The translations under genes were made by a program, and so were the position numbers. Below, in pieces: positions 27,282-35,626 of a stretch of DNA of 64,000 nt. This stretch comes from a virus: positions 17,921-81,920 of the IMG/VR virus record IMGVR_UViG_3300031963_000072; one strand, 5' to 3'. Position 1 is the stretch's first letter, and each line of letters begins with the position of its first letter. Under the pieces are notes generated by a model that saw only the letters and a list, made by a program, of their open reading frames with translations, was not told the origin of the DNA and searched no databases.

Positions 27282-27829
27282 TGTGGCATTATCCTTTGCT
27301 TGAGAAGGTAGATGTGTCCTTCGTGCTTGTCCTCGATTCCGGCGAGGAGATTGTCGAGACCACGTGTGAGAGTTCCGCAGGCCTTCATGTGCTCAACGAG
27401 GTGAGCAACAACTTTCAGGAAATTCATCTCTGCGAGATAGGAACGCTTGGCCAGCTCGGTGGGTTGCGGAATTGTGGATGTCATGCCGTATCCCTGAATG
27501 AGCTTGCAGAGTTGATTGTGGAGAAGCGCGATGTCGACGTTTGCCGTGGATCCAAGTCCGATTGCCTTCTCAGCGATGGAATCGATCTCTCCTGTGACAC
27601 CCTCGTAAAGGCGGGAGAAGAGTAAGTGGTCGCCATAGAAGGGATCGCCTTTTGTCGTCCAGTGGTGGTTCTGGTGCACAGATGCGAGGAACTTGAGGTT
27701 TGCGAGGAGCACAGAGAGTTCTGGGTAGGGAACTCCTCCCCATTCAGCAACCATGTTGTCGGTAACAATTCCAAGATTGGGCTCCACTACGAGAGCCATT
27801 TCAAGAGTTTCTACGAGTCTTCTCTTCAT
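27278..27829 (-). CDS. dps: Dps / ferritin-like protein
   Basis: HQNHHW..KG..FY.DH.LF..LY.....EIDSIAEK ferroxidase signature. Confidence 0.85.
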   Translation of the reverse strand: MKRRLVETLEMALVVEPNLGIVTDNMVAEWGGVPYPELSVLLANLKFLASVHQNHHWTTKGDPFYGDHLLFSRLYEGVTGEIDSIAEKAIGLGSTANVDIALLHNQLCKLIQGYGMTSTIPQPTELAKRSYLAEMNFLKVVAHLVEHMKACGTLTRGLDNLLAGIEDKHEGHIYLLKQRIMPQ

Positions 27830-27836
27830 TACATTC

Positions 27837-28982
27837 TCACTTCAAAGTAAGGTTAAAGCTGACTGAATCGAGGGCAGCTCCTGGTCCCCACGAGAGACGG
27901 TAGGGCTCTCCCTCGAGTGCCTGACGCTTGTTCCAAGAGTCTACGTAACGATCGAGAGCGTTCTCAGCCGTGACAGTCATCTTACCACCAGGGACTTTCG
28001 CATTTACAGGAATGAGCGTCTCCTTGTGGTTGCCCTCACCGAGGCGATACTTCTTGATGCCAGCTGGAACAGAGGCCTTACGAATGCTGAAGACCTTCTC
28101 AGCTTCTTCGATGTACTGAGAATTGGAAAGACTGGATTCTACCAGGTCGGCCGCAGGATCATTTCTGTCTTCAATGACAGGCAAGACTGCATCGTCGAGG
28201 TGAGATTCACGAAGCAAGCGGGCTGCTATAGCCTTGAGCGACCCCTCTCCGAGAACTTCCTCTTCACGAGCTTTTATGCAGTCATAAATGCATTTGAGAA
28301 GTTTCTCCCTGTCCAACTTAACTCCTGTAGTAGAGTAATGGCTGGCAACTACTCGTGTCGCGACCGTCTCTTCCCAATTTCCTTCGATATTACCGCCGTA
28401 TTCTTTACAAAGCTTGCTTGCAAGTCTTTCGTACCAGCTATCTGGTAAGTCTTTACCTGTGCTGCGGGTCTTGACTGCATCTCCAAGTGGCTCTTCTCCA
28501 TACATGTCAAATGGTTCTTCAACAGGTTTGACGTTTGGGAGACCTGATTCTTGTAGCCTCTTTTGTTTCACTATTGTCAATAGCTGATCATCATTAGGGA
28601 ACTTCCTGATAGACTCTTTTAAAGATCCGTAAGGAAGGCGTTTTGCTACTGCACATCTTACTGAAGAAGAAGGATCACTGAGAAGTCTCTCAGCAAGTCT
28701 TATTGGAAGCAATCTAGCTGCAAGCTTTCTTACTTCTGAGTGCTTGCTCATTAAAGCTTCCACCAAGATAGACGTTTTTGCAGACTTGTAGTCCGTCTGA
28801 CCCGTTGATTCAAAAAAATCCAGCTGTTCATTTGCAGCTTCCGCGACTCTCTCGCAACTTTTGGAGACCATGACGGGAGGGCCAAAAACGCGAAAGAGCT
28901 CGTCGCGAATTGCTGAATTCTTCTGTTCTTCTTTTATCGTTATCTTTGCTACTCGCTGCAGCTCTTCAAGCTTCAGATCCAT
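27837..28982 (-). CDS. hypothetical protein with HEAT/LRV-like repeats
   Basis: SEVRKLAARLLP / SSVRCAVAKRLP repeats; ATACTTA at 29004-29010. Confidence 0.7.
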   Translation of the reverse strand: MDLKLEELQRVAKITIKEEQKNSAIRDELFRVFGPPVMVSKSCERVAEAANEQLDFFESTGQTDYKSAKTSILVEALMSKHSEVRKLAARLLPIRLAERLLSDPSSSVRCAVAKRLPYGSLKESIRKFPNDDQLLTIVKQKRLQESGLPNVKPVEEPFDMYGEEPLGDAVKTRSTGKDLPDSWYERLASKLCKEYGGNIEGNWEETVATRVVASHYSTTGVKLDREKLLKCIYDCIKAREEEVLGEGSLKAIAARLLRESHLDDAVLPVIEDRNDPAADLVESSLSNSQYIEEAEKVFSIRKASVPAGIKKYRLGEGNHKETLIPVNAKVPGGKMTVTAENALDRYVDSWNKRQALEGEPYRLSWGPGAALDSVSFNLTLK

Positions 28983-29032
28983 ATTGAAAAGACTCCTAGT
29001 TTCTAAGTATTAAGCGCAAATGAAATCATACG

Positions 29033-29221
29033 CTATTTAGTGGACAACTTCATGTCTTTGGCCCACGAAGCTATCTTTTTCTTGGCGTCGTCTCTCACAA
29101 GAACGCTCTTTTTCTTAAATGCAGGATCGTCTAGAAGTTCTTCCGTATAGGATTCTTCAGGCTGTGAACCACTAATAGCCTTTCTAACAATCTCTCGCAG
29201 CTGTCCTAGAGTAATCTTCAT
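29033..29221 (-). CDS. small protein with MKITLGQLREIVRK motif
   Basis: 62 aa; ATAGTTA 6 nt upstream. Confidence 0.7.
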   Translation of the reverse strand: MKITLGQLREIVRKAISGSQPEESYTEELLDDPAFKKKSVLVRDDAKKKIASWAKDMKLSTK

Positions 29222-29757
29222 GAATAGTAACTATTAAACTGAAAGAAAGAAGACCAGTCAGGGTGCCAAGTTCCAGTAGGACTCACATCCCAGAAATGAG
29301 TCATTAACGGGATAGAAGGCGGCTTCCTCAAATGCATCCCAGACTCAGAAAGAAGTCTCGATCCTTTTCTAATATTGCACTTTTTACAAGCAGAAACACA
29401 GTTCTTCCAGTCTGTAGTTCCGCCTTTAGAACGCGGAAGCACGTGGTCGATCGTGATGGTCTTGTAGTCCAGATTTATTCCGCAATATTGACATTGCCAG
29501 TTATCACGGTTAAATAAGACTCTTTTTCTAAAACGTGGAGTAGAGTACTTGCGTGTCACCCGTTCGAAGAGCCGAACGGTAGCAGGAACCCTATAGGCAC
29601 TACCGGGAGTCGTGTAGACATCATCCCACGCGCTAGGAGATTCTCCCACCGTAATTACCTCAGCCCTGCATTTAAACAGCAGATTGAGAGCACGAATAGA
29701 CGATACGAAGTTAAGTGGTGTCCAATCAGCATTGAGTAGGAGAACGTTTCTTTTCAT
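29218..29757 (-). CDS. HNH endonuclease
   Basis: RD...CQYCG...TIDHVLPRSKGG...W.N.V.AC..CN..KG; start moved to MKRNVLLLN. Confidence 0.9.
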   Translation of the reverse strand: MKRNVLLLNADWTPLNFVSSIRALNLLFKCRAEVITVGESPSAWDDVYTTPGSAYRVPATVRLFERVTRKYSTPRFRKRVLFNRDNWQCQYCGINLDYKTITIDHVLPRSKGGTTDWKNCVSACKKCNIRKGSRLLSESGMHLRKPPSIPLMTHFWDVSPTGTWHPDWSSFFQFNSYYS

Positions 29758-29819
29758 TTCAGCTCCTAAGATCGGCGGCTTTGATGTAAATATCTTTCCG
29801 CTGATCGGCATCGAGGCCC

Positions 29820-30605
29820 TCATCGCTTTCTTTTCACGGTCCTCAAGTTTTCTACTGCATCATCAAAAATCTTTTCATCTTTCTCTATGCATATCCAGTT
29901 ACGCTTCAGGCCTTGAGCTGCATAAGCAGCTGTCATGGATCCACCAAAGGGATCCATGATCCAGTCACCCTCATTGGTGTTTGCGAGGATAGGGATCTCA
30001 AAAACCTGGAGTGGTTTCTGAGTGGGATGCACCTTTCCTGAAAAGATCTCAGTGATATCTGTCCAGACGTTTGTGCGCCTGTAGAACTCGCTCTTAGCGG
30101 GATACTTGGCGTTGTAACCAGCATATCCTCGCTTCGTGTCGAGGTAGGGAACATTGAAGGTAGCAGGCTTCTTGATGTTACCCTTCACCATGTACAGAAC
30201 TTCCTCACGGGTGGAGAGATAGTTGTGTTGTACTCCGTAGGCCCGCTTCTTGTGCCAAGTGATGAGGTTGGAGATTCGCATGGGCGTTTCGTACTCAACG
30301 CGGTGTGCATACTCAAAGAAAGGGCGGAAACCCGGAATACCGTATCCACCCCACACGTACATGGCACCACCGTCCATGATTAAATCGGAGAATGTGTTGG
30401 TCCATTCCACCATCCAATTTACGAACTTTTTCTGTCCGTCGTGCCACTTGTCCCACTCCTCATCGATGATGTTGCCGTAAGGAGGATCCGTGACGACTGC
30501 CTTCAGTTTGGAATCGCCGAGAACGTTCTTGATCTCATCGATCACCTCTTGTGAGGTGCAGTCGCCACAGATCGCCAGGCCGTCTTCGAATTTCTCAATC
30601 TTCAT
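29820..30605 (-). CDS. site-specific DNA methyltransferase (N6-A/N4-C, beta class)
   Basis: TDPPY, HPTQKP, MDPFGGS. Confidence 0.92.
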   Translation of the reverse strand: MKIEKFEDGLAICGDCTSQEVIDEIKNVLGDSKLKAVVTDPPYGNIIDEEWDKWHDGQKKFVNWMVEWTNTFSDLIMDGGAMYVWGGYGIPGFRPFFEYAHRVEYETPMRISNLITWHKKRAYGVQHNYLSTREEVLYMVKGNIKKPATFNVPYLDTKRGYAGYNAKYPAKSEFYRRTNVWTDITEIFSGKVHPTQKPLQVFEIPILANTNEGDWIMDPFGGSMTAAYAAQGLKRNWICIEKDEKIFDDAVENLRTVKRKR

Positions 30606-31030
30606 GTTGCTCTAATCTTATCAATTAGCTCGTCAGTGTTCAACTTGCGAGTGAGTCTCTTCTCCTGGCAAGGATCACAGAGGGTGCGGATCCACCCACC
30701 TGGTTGCTTATGACCGGGCACTCCACAGTCCTCACAGATCTTGTGAGACATTGCCTCGGCCATTCGGATGGCACCCCACATCTCTTCGTTGCCACCATAG
30801 ATGTAGAAGCGAAGGCCACCGAACTTCTCCTTCACCTGAGCGGCGAGAGGCTGTGCGGCCTCTTTCTCTTCCTCAGGGAGCCTGTAAATGACGTTATACG
30901 CCTCGTTCTGAAGGACTGCGCAGAGAGAGTCGATGATGTCGTACCAGCCATCACCGCACTCTGTGTACTTTAGATTGATAAAAATCTTTGGGTATTTCTG
31001 AAAAAGCTGCTTCTCTTTATCGGGACTCAT
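30602..31030 (-). CDS. conserved phage hypothetical protein
   Basis: GW..I...QVKEKFGGLRFY...CEDCG...W..TLC..C. Confidence 0.8.
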   Translation of the reverse strand: MSPDKEKQLFQKYPKIFINLKYTECGDGWYDIIDSLCAVLQNEAYNVIYRLPEEEKEAAQPLAAQVKEKFGGLRFYIYGGNEEMWGAIRMAEAMSHKICEDCGVPGHKQPGGWIRTLCDPCQEKRLTRKLNTDELIDKIRAT

Positions 31031-31038
31031 GATTCATG

Positions 31039-31068
31039 AGTATAGTACTAATTTCAGCTATATTACAT
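31039..31068 (-). promoter_or_regulatory. class A promoter ATGTAA-N18-TATACT
   Basis: Recurrent motif and spacing. Confidence 0.6.
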
Positions 31069-32788
31069 TCTTAGTATGCTTTTTCGATTCTAGCTTGAGG
31101 TAGTCTGGGAGGGCGTCCAGAATGGCCTCGATAGACTTTGTGTCAATCCCTTCGAGATCGTCTTGAATTGTCTTGATTAGATTGGCGTGCTTGCCGCCGC
31201 TGTCTTTGGAAGTGTTAATAAGCAGGTCTCTTGCTTTTAGCTTAACAAAATCAATCTCAGCGGGTATTCTCTTCAGGCCTCTAATCGCATCTTTCTTGTC
31301 TTTGGAGGACTTCGAAGAAGTAAAATTGCTTTCTGCTTGATTCAAGATTTTTATGATGAGATCAACTGATGTGTCCCCTATCATTTTCTTGCCGTCAGGA
31401 TCCATTTCGTCTAGTATGTCGACAATGTCCTCTATTGACTTGCTGTCATCGACCTTCTTTTTAAATTCCGACTTCTTCTTATTTTCTTCACCAGACTTCT
31501 TAACTTTGTCTACAATAGCGTCTATTTCCTTGTTAAGGTTCTCAGGCTCTTTTGAAAGCTTTAGATTCTTAACGATGTTTTTTAGTGCTATGACTTCACC
31601 CTCAGCAGGAGATTCATCCTTCTCTATCTTTTGAATGAATTCTTTGCCATCCTTGTTGTTTTGTAGCGCATTCTTGACTTCTTCTGGTACTTCCATCTCT
31701 AAGAGATTTTTTACCCATTGACGTGTCGATCCTTTCGAATGAATGAGCGCCATCTGTGCATCAATCACGTCTTTCATTGTTAGCGTATAAATGTTTGATT
31801 TTCTTTGGGTAGATTCAGCAACAGAAAATGAAGATCTTAGCTTGCCCTTCTTTAAAAGAGCAGAAAGAACTCTTGAAACAGTCTTTTCATCTTGCTGCGA
31901 CTTATCCTGAACATACTTCACAAAGTCTTTCACCAAAGCTTTTGGATTTTCTTTTGCCTTCTCAGCTGCTGCGCTGGGATCGACTCCTTTTTCTTCGGAT
32001 CTGCCGGCAGCAACAGCAGATGCTAACGCATCAAGCGATGTAACTGGTTTGGCACTTGTGTCAGCTGTCGAAGATGTCTTGGCAGCAGAGCCCATCATGT
32101 CTTTGACTGAGTCCTGTATTTCGCTTGAAACAGGATTTGATGTGACTGTCCTTATCAATTGAACAAGCTTCGGTGCTGGCATCATCATGATGTCGTCAAC
32201 AAGCGTTTCTATGCTGTTGACGTAAGGCATTCCTCCGCTGGAAGCACCAAAGAAAGATTTTAGATTTGCAAAGACTCCTTCTGGAACGAAAGCCTTTTTT
32301 AAGTTCTTTTGAACATTCTTGATACCATTGTCATCAAGCTGCTTCATGAGAGGCTGATCAGACTTTTCATCGAAGTTAGGGGCATTGTTTTTAATAACGC
32401 TTGCAGCATCTTTGAGACCTGTCTCGAGCGCGTTTAGCAGCATGGTAGCCTTTAGAATAGGGTTTTTTCCTGCCTTTGCTCCAAATTTTTGTGCAATCGC
32501 CGTGGCTCCTTTTTTTAACAAAGAACCCATGCCGCCACCAGTAAAATCATTGACATCGTTGCGCGCGTCGGTGATTGCTGCTCCGAGTGAATCTTTAAGA
32601 TTTGGATCAGACAAAGCTATCTTTTCTATAGATGCTAGCCTATCGAGAACACGCGTAGCTTTTTTTAAATCTTCTGCATCTAAAACTTCCATTATCAGTA
32701 ATGCAGTAGATTCAGCTAGAATTCTCTCTTGAATTTTTTGTTCTATCACAAGCTTGTTAAGATCTGAGTGCACGGGTTTTTTTGACAT
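31058..32788 (-). CDS. large helical hypothetical protein (putative virion protein)
   Basis: 576 aa, K/E-rich; ATAATTA at 32800-32806. Confidence 0.7.
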   Translation of the reverse strand: MSKKPVHSDLNKLVIEQKIQERILAESTALLIMEVLDAEDLKKATRVLDRLASIEKIALSDPNLKDSLGAAITDARNDVNDFTGGGMGSLLKKGATAIAQKFGAKAGKNPILKATMLLNALETGLKDAASVIKNNAPNFDEKSDQPLMKQLDDNGIKNVQKNLKKAFVPEGVFANLKSFFGASSGGMPYVNSIETLVDDIMMMPAPKLVQLIRTVTSNPVSSEIQDSVKDMMGSAAKTSSTADTSAKPVTSLDALASAVAAGRSEEKGVDPSAAAEKAKENPKALVKDFVKYVQDKSQQDEKTVSRVLSALLKKGKLRSSFSVAESTQRKSNIYTLTMKDVIDAQMALIHSKGSTRQWVKNLLEMEVPEEVKNALQNNKDGKEFIQKIEKDESPAEGEVIALKNIVKNLKLSKEPENLNKEIDAIVDKVKKSGEENKKKSEFKKKVDDSKSIEDIVDILDEMDPDGKKMIGDTSVDLIIKILNQAESNFTSSKSSKDKKDAIRGLKRIPAEIDFVKLKARDLLINTSKDSGGKHANLIKTIQDDLEGIDTKSIEAILDALPDYLKLESKKHTKNVI

Positions 32789-32820
32789 GACGCTTTCATT
32801 AATTATAACACAAAAGAAAA

Positions 32821-32846
32821 ACGGCAGAAATTTTCATTTCTGCCGT
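32821..32846 (-). terminator. intrinsic terminator after Hsp20 gene
   Basis: ACGGCAGAAAT-GAAA-ATTTCTGCCGT hairpin followed by T-rich tract on minus strand. Confidence 0.8.
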
Positions 32847-32874
32847 AAGGAAGTGATTAATCTGCTCTGTCTAT

Positions 32875-33267
32875 TTATCTCGTCTTAATTTCTATTGTTC
32901 TTGTCTTTGCAACAGTAGTTTTACCAAAAGTTAATGTCAAAACACCGTCTTCGTGTGTCGCTGTGACAGTTTCTGGATCGTAGTCCCTTGAAAGGACATA
33001 TGAGTACTTAAATTCTTCGCCCCGAAGTTTTCCTGTCACTTTAATGTCTCTCCCCGTTGCCTGAACGGAAAGATCTTTTGACTTGACTCCTGGTAAATCA
33101 ACGGAGAGATGAAGTTCATTGTCCTTCTCTTCAGTCCTGTACACAGAGGAGCTTGTATGTACTCTCGTTCGTGTCGTGTAGGGGGTCGAGTAAAGGTCCT
33201 CTAGTGTACGAAGGGTGTCGAAGAGAGTCGGGGTCTTCAGCATCGAATCGTAGTACTTGTTCAACAT
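32875..33267 (-). CDS. small heat shock protein (Hsp20)
   Basis: VDLPGVK..DL.V...I.V.G...A..EDGVLTLT alpha-crystallin pattern. Confidence 0.85.
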   Translation of the reverse strand: MLNKYYDSMLKTPTLFDTLRTLEDLYSTPYTTRTRVHTSSSVYRTEEKDNELHLSVDLPGVKSKDLSVQATGRDIKVTGKLRGEEFKYSYVLSRDYDPETVTATHEDGVLTLTFGKTTVAKTRTIEIKTR

Positions 33268-33357
33268 CTATTGTTCTCCTGTGGTCTTGAGGCTCATTGC
33301 CTCGTGATCCTACGATAATCATCCCCTCGAAGAAGGTAACCCCTTGAGTAACTTTTT

Positions 33358-33606
33358 TTAGATCAAGAGATCTCTAGTGATCTCTGCCTCTGCCTGCTTC
33401 TTTGCAGCTTCGGCAAGTGACTTCTCGTGCATCTCTGCGACCAGCTTGACGTACTCGGAATCGAGAGTGAGAGTTCCCTCTTCCTTTGGATCCTCCACGA
33501 GACGGACCTGTCGGAGTAGGTCAGCACCGTCGATACCGAAGATGACGGCTTCCTGAAAGATCTGGATCATTCTCATTGCAACGCTGTCTGAAATCTTGTA
33601 ACTCAT
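33358..33606 (-). CDS. hypothetical protein
   Basis: 82 aa with AGGAG SD. Confidence 0.7.
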   Translation of the reverse strand: MSYKISDSVAMRMIQIFQEAVIFGIDGADLLRQVRLVEDPKEEGTLTLDSEYVKLVAEMHEKSLAEAAKKQAEAEITRDLLI

Positions 33607-33617
33607 TTAATTCTCCT

Positions 33618-34208
33618 TTATGCCGGAATGTTTCTTGTAGTCTTTAATACCACGATTATTTCTGTAAACACAGATTCTTTTGGACGGTCTGACGCAACCA
33701 CATGCGCCTCCTTAGGATGTTTGTTTACCCAGTCAGCGTATAGCTTTCTGACATTCTCCTGAAGCTTTGCGTCTTTCTCGTAAACATCTTCAGGTTCATG
33801 TTTGTGAGGCTCACCAAGAAGCACGAGAGTGAAGTCAGGTTTTCTCAACTTTTTATAAAAGTAATTCACGAATCCGTCATCAACTCCAGCGGCTTTGCCG
33901 TAGACAGTAGTTGACAGACTCCACCTGTCGAAGATGAGATAGTCATACACATGATCAAGATCAGAGAGTTCTTTCGTCTGGAACAACCATCTATTTAGAA
34001 ACTGGGTCAACTGGAATACTCTAGGAAACTTCTTGGCATGTCCTTTCTCAAGCATCCAATAAATGGCCTTGTAGGTCATCTCATCGTGAATGGGAACTTC
34101 GACAACCTTTGCCTTCTTGCCGCACTGCCAAAGATACTCGCACAGGAGCGCGCTCTGTGTAGCTTTACCAACCCTATCAGGTCCCTCAATCACAATGATC
34201 TTACTCAT
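33618..34208 (-). CDS. tmk: thymidylate kinase
   Basis: IEGPDRVGKATQ, FDRW..S...YG, KPD. Confidence 0.9.
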   Translation of the reverse strand: MSKIIVIEGPDRVGKATQSALLCEYLWQCGKKAKVVEVPIHDEMTYKAIYWMLEKGHAKKFPRVFQLTQFLNRWLFQTKELSDLDHVYDYLIFDRWSLSTTVYGKAAGVDDGFVNYFYKKLRKPDFTLVLLGEPHKHEPEDVYEKDAKLQENVRKLYADWVNKHPKEAHVVASDRPKESVFTEIIVVLKTTRNIPA

Positions 34209-34864
34209 TCGAACGGTCCCCTCAGTTGTCCATCCTTTAACAGACCGAACGCCTCAAGTGTGGCATCAAACTGTCCTGTCTCCTTCACGAGACGGAGCAT
34301 GTCACCTGCAAGGTCACGAACCTCAAGCTGTGCATGCGTGGAGTAACGTAACCGAAGGAAATGAACGAAGGATCGAAAGTTGAACATCACGTCGGCGGTG
34401 AGCTGGTTTCCATACGGAACGTACATTCGAGCAGACTCCTTGGCACGCTTCCGAGGAACTCCCTTCTTCTCCAGACGAGTTAACACCTCATGGTACTTGG
34501 AGAGAGATGCCTCCATGTGTTCCACATACTTTGTCTTCTCCTCCGCATCCCAATCGGTGGGAACGTAGTACTTATCGTCCTTCAGTTCCTTATAACGGGC
34601 AGATTCGCCATTGACAGAGACTCCAATTCGGTGCTTGATGAGATGGATGTGTGTGGCTATCTCGGTGGTGCAGAGGAAGTGGAGTGACGACTTCTCGAAG
34701 GGTGTCTCATGTCCGTTTTCAGCGAGCATCTTCAAGAGCTTGGGAATTCTCTCACGTTTCTCGTCTGTTAAATCACGAGAGGTGGAGGTCCATGCTGACA
34801 ATGCGTGCGACTCATCTCCACCGTAGAAACCAATAAGTTCTACTCTGTTGGGTTGTTGTGGCAT
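34205..34864 (-). CDS. thyX: flavin-dependent thymidylate synthase
   Basis: GHETPFE, KHR...NGESARY, NFRSF.HF..LR...HAQ.E. Confidence 0.93.
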   Translation of the reverse strand: MPQQPNRVELIGFYGGDESHALSAWTSTSRDLTDEKRERIPKLLKMLAENGHETPFEKSSLHFLCTTEIATHIHLIKHRIGVSVNGESARYKELKDDKYYVPTDWDAEEKTKYVEHMEASLSKYHEVLTRLEKKGVPRKRAKESARMYVPYGNQLTADVMFNFRSFVHFLRLRYSTHAQLEVRDLAGDMLRLVKETGQFDATLEAFGLLKDGQLRGPFE

Positions 34865-34870
34865 AACGCC

Positions 34871-34900
34871 ATATTACTATACGCTGCGTACGAATTTCAA
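34871..34900 (-). promoter_or_regulatory. class A promoter TTGAAA-N18-TAATAT, 6 nt before thyX ATG
   Basis: Recurrent motif and spacing. Confidence 0.6.
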
Positions 34901-35161
34901 TAACTTCTCTTCGAGAAGTTCCTTCATTTCCTTCTCAAGCTCTTGAAGGACAGAATTTGCAGATGCAAGCATCTGTCGTTGCTTGGCAGGATCTTTTGAC
35001 ATCTGGCTGATGTGTCTACGAAGATGACGCTTGAGACCTTCAGTTGCATCAGATGCAACCTGAGAGAGTGCGAAATCAGGAATGCCTCGGGCATAGTCCT
35101 CTTTGAGGATAGACTTCACTTCCGAGGCAATCACCTGCTTAAGTGCTTGCTGCTTCTTCAT
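34877..35161 (-). CDS. hypothetical protein (LKQVIASEVKSILKE motif)
   Basis: 94 aa ORF. Confidence 0.7.
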   Translation of the reverse strand: MKKQQALKQVIASEVKSILKEDYARGIPDFALSQVASDATEGLKRHLRRHISQMSKDPAKQRQMLASANSVLQELEKEMKELLEEKLLKFVRSV

Positions 35162-35604
35162 TCCATTCCCTCAGGAGAATTAACTCCTGATTCTTCAACG
35201 GCAAGTTTGCCAAGAGCGAGAACGTATCTGTCGATAGCCATCTTAATATCTGTCACAAGCTCCATCTCAAGTTCATAGGAGTTAAACTCCTCAAGATTGT
35301 CTCTCAGTATATCAGCTTTGACGGTCTTTCCAGTCAAGTCGTAATACATGTTTGAAAGTTCAGCGTAGACCTTCTTGTTAATGGGTGTAAGAACTTGCTG
35401 TGAATAATTTGTCATCTCGTCATCGAGCGCTGCAACGAGCTGACCAGGCATGTCACTTGGATCTGCATTCTCAAAGAGAAAACTTTCCTGCGCGACAGAC
35501 TTCTTCCTGTTCTCGTACATGCTCTCATGGAGGTTCTTTCTAACTTCTGCCTCCTCGTTGATGAGGCCTGTGATCTTCTCAAGTTGTCTCTGGGTAAGTT
35601 TCAT
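35158..35604 (-). CDS. hypothetical protein (MKLTQRQL...LINEE motif)
   Basis: 148 aa; ATAGTTA at 35620-35626. Confidence 0.7.
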   Translation of the reverse strand: MKLTQRQLEKITGLINEEAEVRKNLHESMYENRKKSVAQESFLFENADPSDMPGQLVAALDDEMTNYSQQVLTPINKKVYAELSNMYYDLTGKTVKADILRDNLEEFNSYELEMELVTDIKMAIDRYVLALGKLAVEESGVNSPEGME

Positions 35605-35626
35605 TTTCGACTCCGAACTTAACTAT

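Noticed and set aside
33290-33350. Heat-shock regulatory element before Hsp20
   Set aside because: Only a loose AGGGG repeat; no clear CIRCE, HAIR or sigma32 consensus
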